Source: Bispira polyomma (Eukaryota). From it: a stretch of DNA of 64,000 bases. This document shows positions 13,371 to 27,135 of the stretch, in pieces. A program made the translations under genes and the position numbers. The notes beneath the pieces were generated by a model. The model was given only the letters and a program-made list of their open reading frames with translations. It was not told where the DNA came from and did no database searches. The first letter of the stretch is position 1; every line of letters begins with the position of its first letter. Location: contig OZ287750.1 of NCBI GenBank assembly GCA_965649765.1, positions 43,834,001 to 43,898,000 on the forward strand. Direction: 5' to 3'.

Positions 13371-13661
13371 CTGCTTGACACTTGTAATCGGCCTCCAGAT
13401 ATTTCATCAGTTCCTTTGGACACTGGGGGACATTAATTCCAGTGAGGGGGATGCCCACCTTACAGTGATTCAGTCCAGAGCACTTCCGGTCCAGCGTGGG
13501 TAGGACGTCGGCAAAGCATCCCGTGTGGCCGTGATTCTCCTGCATACAGCGCCCAAAGCGCATGCGTCCATAAAGAGCATACTGCATGATGATGACGTGG
13601 TTGTTTGAACACGTGACATTGAAGGTCTCCTGGAAGCAGTACTCGCGTGGAGGGGCGACTT
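13371..13661 (-). CDS. SUEL/galactose-rhamnose-binding lectin domain exon
   Basis: EYCFQETFNVTC...VIIMQYALYGRM...C...CSGLNHC...CPKELMKYLEADYKC (ALYGR and YLExxYxC motifs); acceptor ttatAG, donor GTAATT; 291 bp, phase 1-1. Confidence 0.92.
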
Positions 13662-15852
13662 CTATAATAGAAATAGAGGAGACAGGCGATTGAGTGATAT
13701 TTGTAGATGGTTGGAAATATGTGGTAGCTTTAGCTGTCTTGCTACTGTGACCTACTTGGGCAACATAATGGCTTGGAAAAACTGCCGGCCTGGGTTCAAG
13801 TCCCAGTCTGTGGCTCACAGATATAGGCAAATACATGTACATATGACAAGAATGGACAATTTTAGACTGGTAAAGACTTGGGCGTCATCAGGCGAAACTT
13901 GAAGAGAAGAGACAACTAACATCAATTATGCCTTATTATTATGTAGCTTTTTTGTGTATGAAAATATACATTATATCTCATCCGTTACAATCGCTTATTG
14001 GGACAGTCTTCACAAATATTCATGGAATATTAACAATTATTTTTATCATTTTTTTATCATTTTAACCAATGCTATGTATAGACTTGAAAGTACACTTTAA
14101 GCTACTCTGGCAATAATAACCCACCATCTCAAATGTATAAAAACTTTTTTTTTGTAGTAGATTTGCAGTTATACTTGCTGCGCAAAAATTTTGTAGTGAT
14201 TTCATTTAACTCAATTGCAAAGACTGTCAAATCAGTTTGACAGTAGCCCATATTTTAATGATGACGCATGTGTTCTATTTATGTAAAGTGATACCACCCA
14301 CCGGCTCCTCTAGTCTACATTATCTGTGGCCTATAAATCACCAGATATGTGAACCAGCACTAGTGGTTTTAAGTGTATTGTATGCTGTAAAAAAAACTCT
14401 ATCCAATGTTAACTGTAAAAATATGGTGTTTTTTAGCAGAACAGAGAAAAGAAAAAAGTGAAAAAAAGGTATTAGTATTAAATCATTTTACTGTACATAT
14501 AAAGATATGTCACTTGACTGTCTTTTAGAAATATTTGAATTTTGAAAAAAAAAAATAAAAGTAATCTATTATTAATTTCAAAATCTATAAGTTAACAGCT
14601 TGTCTTGTGCACACGAAGTACAAGGGCCCATATTTACCAAAGGTCATAAATCACATAGGAAATAAAGTAGGAAAAAGAATAAACAGTGCACAAAAGGTGG
14701 TTATATATTCCACAAAATATGGCGCGACAAGGTACAAGCAAATCAAATAGCGGTTCTCATTGGATCCTGTCTCCCCAGTGGCAGGTGAAAGAACCTTGAG
14801 AATGTTTGAGAAATTTTCATCGTCAAACCGAGACTTGGTGCTTGTCTTGTTGGCTGCATTTGGACAGTCAATAAAAAGTTAGTAATTATTGCTTTGAATA
14901 CTAGATATATGTAGATAAATGTGCTGAGAATCAATTTGAATACAATACTAAATATGAAGAAAACACTATAATCATCTACAATTACACATGTACAGTTGAA
15001 ATTTTATTAGCCCCCAGAGAAAGATGACAGTTTCTAGTATTTCCACAGTGTACAACAGAGTTAAAGAAGACATAGATCTGTCAGTATAGCAAGTATGTCA
15101 ATATTTGTTTTTGAAAACTGAAAGAAAACTTGTTAAGATGATTTACACCTTTTTTTTCTGATGCCAACACAATAGTTTGCCATTTGATGTCAAAAGATTT
15201 AAAACAAATGGTTGTGGGAGCAGGTTGTTGTAATAACCACACAACAACAACACACAGAGTCACTATGTGTGTAATAAATTGACTCAGGAAGCAGCTTTTA
15301 TTGAGCCAAATTAATACTGATGTCACTTTCTGCTCAGCCCATAGGAAGCATAAAAATTGAGAGAAGTATCCCCACCACCAGTAATGATAATTTACTGCCC
15401 TTATAGCTTGAACAGGGCTTGTTGAGCGATAATATAGGATATTATAGATCACACCAGACCAGTGTAAACTGTCCCCGAGTCCCAGAGTCCTGTAATCTCT
15501 CTATCGTGACTTTTACCCATAATTTCTCATAACTTCCTGTCTCTCTATATGATGAACTGGTCAGTAAGGACAATGTACACAGTAGGAGGGGGGATTCTAT
15601 AGTGGGAAATATTCTGTACTCATTATGTGTGAAGGACTTTATTAATTAACGAAAACAACAGGGGGAAGGACGAAACAATTATTCTTACAAAGTAACCATT
15701 CTTAAAAATAGCTGGGCCACTCTTCAACGTGAAATTATAGTAGGCTCATATTTTTTCTATTTTTGTCTTCCAGCTTGTTTTGGATTTTTTTATGATGTGC
15801 AGTTAACACCATATAATTTAGTATGTCAATTATATAGCTTCAATTTCTGTAA

Positions 15853-16403
15853 TGCCGTGGTCACACTGAGCACATTCGTGTATATATTCGCTTCATTTTA
15901 AATGTAAGAAAACGGAATTAAACGAAGCAAAAATTCGGAAAAACGTAGCAAAAAATCAATGTATGGGCTGTTTTGTACATGTTCTGTACACGTTTGTAGA
16001 CACATTTAACATGTTTTAATAGCCATGTTAATTAAGTTTGTATCGTTAGCCATGTTTTAAAATAAGTAAGTCGCGTTTCTAAACACGTTTCTATCTCATT
16101 CTCTTTGTTTAACATATTATTTGGGTGTATAGTAAGTTTTACTGCGGTCCTTTCAGTCATATTTACATTGAATATGTGTCATATGTTACCCGTGAATGCA
16201 CCAACCGTTTCAGGAAAACGGTCAAAAACAGCATAAATTTTGAGCAGCATGAAATTTTGAAATAACGGGACATTAAGGGACCATCTTACTCACGCATGCC
16301 TACGTTTACTTAAGTACACTACGTTTACTACACAAATGCTTACGTTTCACCTTACATTTGCCATTTTTTTGTGCGTAATCGAAAGCCCAGTGTGACCATG
16401 GCA
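15853..16403. mobile_element. PIF/Harbinger-like MITE
   Basis: TIRs TGCCGTGGTCACACTG / CAGTGTGACCATGGCA (15/16); TAA target duplication at 15850-15852 and 16404-16406. Confidence 0.85.
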
Positions 16404-18619
16404 TAAGTGAAAATTGCACGTTTTAATTATATTGTAGAATATTATAAAAGTATTAAATAGCATTTGCAATAAAATGCCTCATCAGCCCAAGTTATGTTGG
16501 GCTGGCTGTAAAGTATTCCTGTTATTCTATACCTATGTAATCTATATACAGCAGATGGCAATTTAGTAAAAAAAATTCTCTCTCTCTCTATACAAGTGTT
16601 TAAGTACCATTTGTTTGGCAAACTAAGAGCAATGTTAGTTAATACAATATGCTATATCATCATCTCGGCCAAATAGGTTCTGTTTTGGGATGTGCCCATT
16701 AGTTTGTTTCTTTGTCACCAAAATTACATAAACACTGCTGAGTTGATTAACATGAAATTTGTTGGAAGAACGACAAAATGAGTAGATTAATTAAAATGAT
16801 GGATCCAAGAAATTTTATATGTTCACTAAGCTATGATAAGACAAGATTGTTATTAATTAGCCAAGTACCTTTAGGATAACATATCTCAAAATAACCACAT
16901 GTGCATATCAGTGTTTGTTAAAAAAAACCTCACTTATATATTGACTGAAATACACATTTCATTCTAATGACATAAATCTGTATTTTTATACATTAACAGT
17001 ACAACACCTTAACATTACAAAGGTAAACTCGTTTAGAGGGTTTATTCCATTAGCTAGCCATTGAGTTATAGTCACAATCTATGGCTGGCCTAGAAAAAGT
17101 GCCATGTTTAAAGGTAGCATGTGCTGCAAGACTGGTAATTTACCACTGTTAACAGTCACTGTCATTATGACGTCACACTAGTGCTAAAAAACTTTTTGTT
17201 CATTAGTCTGTGTTAAAAGGCAAAAAGTGGGGCTTCTTTTTATTCCTTCTGCTGTCTGGTCTGTTAATGATAACAGGGAGTCTCTTTACAGACAAATGTG
17301 ACACTGCTTCGACCGCTCAATGGCCTGTCAATGCCTGTTAAGTAAAATGGACTGGCCTCATTGTCAATCTCCCCTAAATAGAAATGAACTAGTCCATTGT
17401 TCTACCATGTCCTCGCTACACAATTACATAACTGCAGTGGTTCTTCCTAGATATCTAGCTATTACCGCCTGCCCCAAAAAGCCAAAAACTAGCAGACGAC
17501 ATTTATTTATTGAAGTAAGGTTGACTTATGCGCAAACTTAAAGTTTGATAGTATATTTATACAAGTATATAAACTTAAAATACTGAAATAAATCAATTAG
17601 GTACATAAAAGAATATATCACAAACCACATTTAAAGCGATAACCTAAATAAGGACAAAGTTAGTGGTCAAAACCTCTATTATCGCCCACTAAACAGCTGG
17701 AACTAAGAGATAAGTAGAAGTTGGAGACACTTTGCTGTTTGCACTTAGTCATCATTCACCTTCTGTTACTTTACCGCCCTTTAAAAGGAGTAAAGGGGCT
17801 AGCGAGTTCAAGTTACATACAAAAATACATTTGGCCAATCAAAATTATTCACACTCCTGTTAGTCTTCTAAATATACTCATAGGCCTGACTGGGGTTAAT
17901 ACAAAACTGGCATTGTATTAGACATGAAATTGAGCAGTAGGCATTTCTTTTAGTACATAACTAACTGTAGAATTACCTAATAAAGTATGTCATCTATATT
18001 CCATAGCCCTGTTTAGGGCGTATGCTGTAAATCTTTGTCAAGAACCTAAAAGTTTATTTAGTACAATTTTTCTCTTTGTCCAACTTCGAATTGTAAGTGT
18101 GAAACAGATACTTATTAAATGAACAGGATGTTGTGCACATAAAATGATACATAAACGTCAATAGAATTCTTGACCATTGATTAACTATCCATCTGGTTTG
18201 GTTCAAATCACTTCAGTAATTTTACCATAATTCTACAAGCTTGGTTTTTTTATTTGCCTACTGGCTTGGTGGAGGTATGCAATCAACCAAAATTTCACCG
18301 ATACTTCCTTTTCCTATGCCATAGTTTTCCAAAATGTTTGGATAAAATTGATTGAGCAGTTTTTTGTAATTCTGCAGGATTATTTTTTATTTTTAGATTT
18401 TGACGGAGGGAAGCAATCTACCAAAATTTAACGGGTTATTCTGATCTGTGTCATATTCTTCCACAAGATTTGGTAAAAATCTGTTCATTAGTTTTTGCCA
18501 TGACCCTTTCTTAGAAACAAAAACGCCCAACCAGGCAGGGATAAAAGCACAACATTCAGACAGAAGACCGGACCTCGGGGGCACAGTGCTAACACACTCG
18601 TCTCCCACCTGTAAAGATT

Positions 18620-18807
18620 CCAGTTCAAATATCAGCCGTGGGCTTTAAGTGGGAAACTTGGCAGGTACTTGCTGATGGTCGCTAGTTTTCAGTATAGAAT
18701 CTTGACCAACTAGTATATACACTGGCCTCCTCCAGCACTGAAACTCCCCACCATGATATAACATATCTAATGTATTGAAAGCGACATCAAACCTCAATCA
18801 AATCAAA
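18620..18807 (+). mobile_element. SINE 3' portion, related to family A, with (AATCA)n tail
   Basis: GTGGGAAA..TGG.AG.T.CTT.CTG body shared with family A; ends TTGAAAGCGACATCAAACCTCAATCAAATCAAA. Confidence 0.65.
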
Positions 18808-18820
18808 TGCTGACAGAGGA

Positions 18821-19306
18821 AATTTTATATTTGGATATTTAACGTCCACTCTAGTACCTGTTTGGGTTATATTGGGATGGGTAGTTGGAAATGCTGGAGG
18901 AAACACTGCATACATACAGTTGATCAAGGTTCTGCACTGAAACCAGCAGCCCACAGTAAGGAACTACCACCTTTCCCACATAGGCATCAACGGGATTCGA
19001 ACTCACGCCGCCCAGAGGTGAGAGACCAATGCTTGCTAACCACTAGGCCACCGTGGCTTTGAATTTGGATATTTAACGTCCACTTTAGTACCTGTTTGGG
19101 TTATATTGGGACGGGTAGTTAGAAACGGTGGAGGAAACACTGCATACAGTCGGTCAAGGTTCTACAGAGAAACCAGCTGCCCACAGTAAGGAACTACCAC
19201 CTTTCCCACATAGGCATCGACAGGATTCGAACTCATGCCGCCCAGAGGTGAGAGACCAGTGATTGTGAAGTGCAGTGCTTGCTAACCACTAGGCCACCGT
19301 GGCCCC
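18821..19306 (-). mobile_element. Head-to-tail dimer of tRNA-derived SINE family A
   Basis: Two highly similar copies (~18821-19057 and ~19061-19306), each the reverse complement of the SINE at 36284-36537; the pair is flanked by TGCTGACAGAGGA / TGCTGAAAGAGGG. Confidence 0.9.
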
Positions 19307-20599
19307 CTGCTGAAAGAGGGAGTAATCTAAACTAACACTGACAACACAGAGGGCCTTCATAACAGGCTACACACACGTGTATACAGAACTCGGCCCCTCC
19401 CTCTCTTGGAATAACCACTCTTTCTCTCCCCCCCTCTCACCCCATCTCTCCCACACACCCCAAGGGTATGGAGCAGAATCACCGTCATCAGGTGTACCTG
19501 GCTGCTGCACGCAAACATTAGCCAATAGCTAATATTTTTTTATGGGACTTTGTTGTTCTAACTAACCCATGGTAACCTGAACCAAGGACTTTGTAGTGAT
19601 AATACTAGGGTCTGTATCTCTTCAAATGAAACTCAGGCTCAACTTAAGTGAGGGGCTAGGTGAAACATATTTACTGCTATATATAGAAAACCAACCTGTC
19701 AAATATTGGAACCACTGATTTTAATAGAGAGCTTTGAGCGCTGAATTCAAATATGCAGTCAGATGATTTGGATGTATCCTTCCTCTTGCCAGAGATAAGA
19801 AGACATAAAGAATTGAGCTTGAGTCTATGTTAAGCTTGATTTTTTTTTTGTACATAGTAATTATTTTTTATATAATATTGTCTCAAAGTCCACACTATAT
19901 ATAGGTTGCTATGTATGTTATGTGTAATACACACCTTTCTATCCAACTGTTACAGACCTGCTTAATTGTTATTGATATTTACTTGTACATCTAACATTTG
20001 TATTAAAGCTGCATGTTTTAGTTTTACACAGGAGAGATAGAAACTAAATATACAGTCAATGGATGTATACCATTTTATTACTACAAAGCTTGTAATAGAA
20101 ACCCCTCCTCAGTTTGTTACTTTTTGCCGTAGGGGTGGGGGGGGGGGAGATTTTGAGTATAAAGACTACAGAAAGCAATAATTTTTTTGCACTTTCAAAT
20201 TTCCCTTTCATAAATAACCTAGTGATTCCATTGTCACTGTAGTTAGCAGTTAGTCCCCCCTCAAACCATTTATCTGGTTGTGTGTTGTGGTTTTTTGTGT
20301 GTCATTACCTTTGATCACACATAATGTAGAAATAAACAAGAGAGGTACTTTGCAAATGACGCATCTTTTTTCTGTCTATTAAATATGAGCCTCACCTGTA
20401 TCCGACTGTTCTGTGTCTGGGTGAATGGTATATTTTTTCATGGAATGTTGAAGGTACTTCTGGGGAATTATTTCTTGACATATCATGCATATATCACAAC
20501 CTATTTTTAGTCAAACTTTCAGGGTGCATAATATTTTTATTAAATAATTTAATGTCTCAGTAGTCCAAAAAGAAGGTATCCAAGCCAATATCTAATTTT

Positions 20600-20895
20600 T
20601 TTAGCATTTATCTCTGGGCTGGCAGATTCTAAGGCACATGAGACAGAAAATCATTTTGGACAATTTCATATAGCCATTGGACATACAGGGGTCTTGACCA
20701 TAGAAATGCCGGGAAAAGGTAACGAGATAGAAAAACCTTGCTTAATAGGTAGGGTTTGAGTTTTGTCCTAAAACAGGCAAGTGAGGAGGCAGTACAAATA
20801 TCATGAGGCAGATCATTCCACAGCTTAAGAGTGTCATATGAGAAACTATTGTTTAAATGTCTTTTTGACCTGTGTACAAAGTTAGGGACCCTTGA
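20600..20895 (-). mobile_element. L2-clade LINE 3' end
   Basis: SFSYDTLKLWNDLPHDICTASSLACFRTKLKPYLL matches the L2 ORF2 C-terminal WNxLP...FKxxLKTxLF motif. Confidence 0.75.
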
Positions 20896-20979
20896 GAAAG
20901 CATGCATATTTGCAATAATGATAAATAACAACCCCATATATAGGCTTTAACAGTATGTCATGGCATTCAGAAGCTACAA

Positions 20980-21570
20980 ATGTTACCAGCAGGGGTAAGT
21001 GGCAGGTGGGTATATTCTACCAATGCTAACACAGTAAACCCAACCTGGATTGAACATAGTATACCAATGTTAACACAATGGACACAGTAGTAGGTGGGCA
21101 TAACATATCAATTTTAACACAGTAAATCCAGTTGTATATAAGCATTACATATCAGTGTTATCAAAGTGTACCATGTCGAACGAGAGCATAATATATAAAT
21201 GTTAATACGGTGAACCTGGTAAAAGGTTAATATGACCTATAAATATTTACATGTGTGCAAAATGATATGGTGAATGTACCATATCAATGTTAGCACAGTG
21301 AACCAAGTTAAAACGTTTCAGTGGGGTGAGTATACTGTATAAATCTTTACACAGGTTTCAAGTGAGAAATGAGCATAATATTAAAATGACATAGTAGGCC
21401 AAATGGAAGGTGTACTTGACATATCAATGTTTATATACAATGGACAAAATGTGCGGTGAACATACTATATCAATGTCAACACAATGAACATAGTGGCAGG
21501 TTACTGCATTATATAATGCTTTAACAGCGACCCAGTGGAAGGTGAACATAACATATCAATGTTAAAACAG
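20980..21570. repeat. Degenerate ~40 bp minisatellite
   Basis: Recurrent unit resembling ATATCAATGTTAACACAGTGAACCCAGTGGCAGGTGA.CAT, roughly a dozen diverged copies. Confidence 0.7.
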
Positions 21571-23342
21571 ATACACTGACACCACCTTGAATGATGCACT
21601 TTATACATTTGCTGGGAACTTTGGTCTTTACCTATTCTAAGAAGTAGCTACCAATAGTTTAAAACCAAATAAAACCTACATTTCCTTCTTTGTTGAGAAG
21701 CAGCACATAGCATCAGCTATTGTAATCCCAAAAACCGGAAGTCATCAAATGGATAACACTTCTATCACAGCTATAGACTATTCAACAGTAAGAACAAAAA
21801 AAGCAGTTATTGTATCTGGTTTCTATTAGCAGACACTTTTGTCATTTAATACTTAGTACAAAACATATCATGGGGGGCTAATGTGTCCCTCTTTGACAGA
21901 GAATTGTGGGAACACTTTACTTCCCAGCAGACGGTAATAGCCTGGTCTTGTGAGCTGCAAACTCTAACTGCTAAAAAGAACCCCTTTATGTGTGCAGACA
22001 ACTTGTTCATTACACCTTTATTCTAGATTTTTATGGCGGATTGGCTGACTTTGTGTTTAAACCACACATTGATATGAACCCCTTAAGATTTAATGATTTA
22101 CCTTGATATTGGAGGTTTATAATGAGTCAGTGATCATTTGTTGCAACTACTTTTTTTTTACAGTTTTAGGCTTTTAATATAATTTAGTTATTAGGGTGTT
22201 AGTGTGATGTTCAGAAGGTCCTGGGCTCTATTCCCAGTACCGATTGCTAATTTCAATCGGTGCGATAACCTTCTTGGGCAAGATAAGTTTGCCTACTGGC
22301 TCGGATGACCACTTAAAATCACAGTCATCTGGCATAGGCAGATTTAAGATCCTTGGGGACGTTGATAAATGGTCATCCTCAAGCAAGCCTCAACGCCCAC
22401 AGTGAGCGCCTATGAGGAATCGTATTTTAAATCACCCTATGTTGTATAAATGTACTATAACAAATGTTATAACAAATGGCATATTGCATTTCTGACAGCC
22501 TTGCACCATGGAAGGCTATTCTCTCACTGTTAAGTTTTTTGTTACAGACTCCAAAGATAAACCACCAGTTTTTAACACCAGAAAAGTACACTGATGGCCC
22601 ACCTATATATGATGGTCCAAGGCCTAATATATTTCTAGGATCTATGTGTGTGTGTGTGTGTAGTTTATGTTGTCAAGTGATGGGGTTGGGGAGGTTTTAA
22701 AAGAGACAAAGCTGGTGCAACTTAGGGAGTCAACTGACGGTGAATAATGTATGAGAATGACGCAGTTACACGGTACACTTTCATTACTCTGCAGTAAAAC
22801 CATAAAATTTAACGCGAGATATCATTGACAGTGTAGTAGTAATTAAATATCAGGTGGATCTGTTTTGATCTAGAATATTACACTGGAATTTAACTTACGG
22901 TGAAATCAGCGAAGAACATACCATAGGATAACTAGTTTTTTGAAGTATGTGTGCTCATGTGTGATGTGTTTTAGAATCTAGGAGGTATTCTCTTTACAGT
23001 GTTTACTGTGTTTATTATACAGCTATGATGTCACAATGTGGAAATCCTTCTATTCATTATATTCCACTTGCTGGTTGTTTTTTCTCTATAAGGGCGGGCC
23101 AGAGAAGGGTTAATAAATCCTTGCTTAATCTTATTAGCAGAGCATTGTGCAAATGCGGCATTTTGGTGCAATAAAGTAAACAGGGCAGTTTGTCGTGCAA
23201 AACCCTCTGTACTCACGCCATTTTGATATTAGCTTAAAAGAAAAATGAACACCACAGCCAGTTTAGGGGGAGGCTGGGGTTTCTGTAATGTAATCACAGA
23301 CGTCGGCGGAATGTTTTAAGAAAGCAAAATTCTATAATGGGC

Positions 23343-23716
23343 TGGTCTCATTTACACGTACCTATGTGGCTTTTCATGGAGTTTGATGAATGAATAGTGG
23401 CCAATCTGTCTCTGTAGAGATTTCCTCATGACGTCACATTTTGTTATAAAAATATTGAACTAACACATCACAAATATGTCATTAATACCATGGAACAAAT
23501 GTAGACTTATGGTCAATAATCGGTCATTGCAACATTTACGCCACATACTTAACAAAAATGAGGAAAGCTCCCATCAAACCTGCCATGGATAGCAGATCCG
23601 TGACAGTATTTTTGTACAATTTAAAACATTTCAAAACATTCCGCCATGTAGGGTGACATTTCGTCACACATTTATTTGTGATCATTTTGTAGTGATGTTT
23701 CGTGTAAATAAGACCA
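23343..23716. mobile_element. Probable MITE (superfamily unclear)
   Basis: Inverted termini TGGTCTCATTTACACG / CGTGTAAATAAGACCA (15/16); no clear TSD. Confidence 0.5.
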
Positions 23717-24733
23717 AGGTATAAACTAATTATTTATTTTTGGTATTTTTTATAATGAATTAGGAAAGTGAAATAAAATAAAACAACAGTTAAAATTAAT
23801 AAATTAAATTGCTATTAAGCAAAAATTATGAAGTTTTTATTAAAATTCTAAATTATTGATACATCTCATTTGAACAGTTGGGGAGAGTCTGATTTGTTTA
23901 CAAGATTCATATAGGTTGGATAGATTAGTTAGACTTGATCATTAACAATAGGTAAATGTTTTATATGGAAAGTTATTATATCGAAAAATATTGTGGCCTA
24001 CTATATCATCTGCATATTATAATTAATAGCAACAGGCAATTTATTGGTGGAGGAAAGCAGTGCAGGTCAAGTAGTTGGTCAAGGAGTTCTGCCAGTCAGT
24101 CTAATGCCAGCTTTTTCCTGGTCACCAAGAGAGAAGTGTCACAGTAAAGCAATGACAACCTTAACAATTGTGACAAATGTTAAACTTTACCACTAGTTGG
24201 TCTTTAATGGTCTAGTAGTTCGGCAGATGGTCTAATGATCAGAAGGTGCCTGGTTTTACTCCCACAAAATGCCACAAGGTTTATAATTAGGGATAACATT
24301 CTTGGGAAGGATATGAATATACCATTGCGAACTGATAACAACAGAGGCTATGCTGTAGGCTATGTGGCTGTGAATGCTTTATGGGTAGGGAAATCAAAAG
24401 GACACTCACTATATAAAAGCTTTAATATATCAATAATGGTTAAATTTTGTAAAAAAAAATATTTCAAATTCCTACATGATATTATAGTTTCCTACGTTCC
24501 TTAAATCTATTATTTTTTCCTGAAATTTTCCACATCACATTCAACTGAGATGTAGTTTTACTTGACACTGACCTTCATCTCTGCATAAAGAAGCTTTTAC
24601 TCGTGATAATAGTTAATTCCCTTGATGCATTCTAATTGGTTTCCCCAAGCTCTTCTGTGAATTCATTTACTTGGCTAGTATCTTTGAAACAATATGACAA
24701 AAAATAAGAAACCTTGTCTTTACTTTTCATTGT

Positions 24734-24758
24734 GGGGGGGGGGGGGGGGGGGGGGGGG
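24734..24758. repeat. Poly-G tract (~25 nt)
   Basis: Direct reading. Confidence 0.9.
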
Positions 24759-25589
24759 GTTACAAAGAAAAGCAACAATAACTACAATTAGCAATCCAAA
24801 TGATGAAGGTCATTCAACGCAGAACTAAACAAAGTGCCATAACAGGAATGCTAACTTTTAACCCAAAAAGGAGAATCTATTTGCATGAACTATGTTTTTG
24901 GTTTTCTTTTGCCTTATCAGGTTATGCTTTACTAGCTCAAATGGTTTGAATATATCACATGGTATGCTTTAATATGATAATTTAGTTCAATTTCAACAAA
25001 TGTAATTTTATCATTTTCTAATGACAAAATACTTTTCACAACTTGGTCAGACAGTCAAATTTTTTTTTTGTTAAGAATAAGTATAATTTGTAAATACCAC
25101 CCCTTACCTCTTTATGTATTTATTTATACTTTGTAAGTCTTATGTAAACCCCACAACAATAAAAAAAAGTACAATAAATTATAGCCAGCCTGTATAAAGC
25201 TTGTCTTCAACCTAACAACCTAGCTATTCTTCCTTAATGACAAATCACAAGGTCATGCCAAAAGTCTCTTGATGCCTTCCCTGTATAGAACACAAAAGCT
25301 CTAAGATCCCATCACAGGACTTGTGGTTAAATGAAGCAGAAGATCTGAGGTAAGACATGCCCCCAGCTGTGACTTAAAACTACTCTTTGATATCCTCGGC
25401 TTCATCATATTACCGGCTGTTGGTTAGGATTTTTTTACTTTAGCTAAAGCCACCTGAAAACACCTGGGTATGCAGTCATCACTAATCAGTGTCTCTAACT
25501 GTGTACAGCTTTGTTTATGGGTTTTACCCACTGAAAGGTCCCAGCTATTTATTCAGCATGGCACAAAGGTATATAATTCATTATGTACC

Positions 25590-26165
25590 TTATTACCAAG
25601 GAGGAAATGCTTTTGTTTCTGTGTCTGTCATAGTTTTGTTTGTCAAAAGGATAACACAAAAACTACTGCACCGTTTTACATAAAATTTGGTCGAGTGATG
25701 GGGTATGGGACAATGGGGATGCTGTTAAATTTTGAAGCAGATACAGGTAGAATTTGAGATCCAGGAATTCACTTTTACTTTCATGTCTCTGTGGCCTAGC
25801 GGTTAGAGTGTTTGACTTTGAATCAGATGGTCCAAGAGTGTCCCAGGTTCGATCTTCTCTTTAGGCCTGGAGATTGTACCCTTGGACAAGGTACTTCACA
25901 CAAAGTTAACCCTCTTTACCCAGGTGTATAAATGTGTATCTAGCTGCAAATGGGTGTCAGCTTCTGTGCTGTATGTGACAGCTTGGCTAGTATGCTCCTT
26001 TAGGGAGCTGAGAGTAAACAATTGGTTGACAAGTGGAATAACCCAGGCTGGGTGGTGTAAATTGTATGAAGTGCTTTATGCAACCAAGAGAAAGTGCTAT
26101 ATACATTTCACATTTACGTTGACACCTTGGCAGGGTATGCACTCTACTATGGGCCCTTTTAGCTT
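25590..26165 (+). mobile_element. Helentron/HINE-like repeat interrupted by a SINE
   Basis: 5' part (ACCAAGGAGG..ATG.TTT...ACACAAAAACTACTG...AAATTTGGT) at 25590-25775 and 3' part (CCTTGGCAGGGTATGCACTCTACT...GCCC) at 26120-26160 match the contiguous copy at 37588-37835. Confidence 0.6.
25785..26117 (+). mobile_element. tRNA-derived SINE family B
   Basis: GTGGCCTAGCGGTTAGAG (A box), GGTTCGATC (B box), core CCTTGGACAAGGTACTT...CCCAGGTGTATAAATG, (ACATTT)n tail. A reverse-strand relative lies at ~31900-32150. Confidence 0.8.
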
Positions 26166-27135
26166 TATGGTTGATTGTGTCAGATAAACTAGTTGTTTAT
26201 TGATTTATTGAAAATTAACGAAGTATTAAACCTATCAGTGCAGTTTTACAATAATTTATTGTCTTATCCATTTTACTATCACACCCCAGGCCACTCACTA
26301 TGTCTCAAATGTCGTCTGGCAATACAAGCAAAAAATCACTTCAGTGACACACAGTAAAAAAAAAGCTAAAAAGATGTAGTCTTATTTCACAGAAAATTAG
26401 CTGATCCCCAGGGGAGAAATCTCACATTTCAGAGCATAGCTCTTCCCCCCTCATTTACCCCCCTTCCCCTGTCTCCACGAACCATCTAGACCCCCCCCCC
26501 CCACTATTATCTCCATCCAGGTTGAACCCCCCTTCCGCCTCCACGATATCACCCTCCTTCATTTTCCCTTTTCACAACCCCATAACTGTGTGCCCCGAAT
26601 TACAGAATCCAGTTGGACATGTAAATGAAGAACTATTCTAATTGAGACAAATTCGATTATTCAGATCCACCGTTGGGATTATCCGATATTTATTAGTTTT
26701 CTACACACATTGTGGCTTCCTGCTGTCACTGTGTGTGGGGTGAGGGGGCTGGGGGAAATACCACCTACAATACTGGAAACTTTATGCTAGCCTTAGATAG
26801 CAAATAGTATTTAGTAAACGAAACTGAAACCTAAACATATAGCTATACATCCTACTATGAAATATTTACTTTCAAAATTTCAAATTTGATTTGTCACTAA
26901 AAGGATAAATTTACTTGATACTCGATTATACGTGGTATTTGTTAAACACTGTCGCCCTTTGATCGTTTGCATATAGGATTACTAGTTCACTTTGTTAAGT
27001 CTGGTTACATTACTCCAGGATTACTATGGGTGGGATGTTGTGGGGAGACAAATGATTTCTTTATCCCAAGAATGTCATCCATTTACACACCCAGGCCATA
27101 AGGATCAGGACCCGTTTATCCGGCTGATGAATTAA

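Noticed and set aside
13662-13842. N-terminal extension of the SUEL ORF as the true start
   Set aside because: No signal-peptide character; it crosses a good acceptor at 13663-13662 and includes a SINE-like B box (GGTTCAAGTCC).
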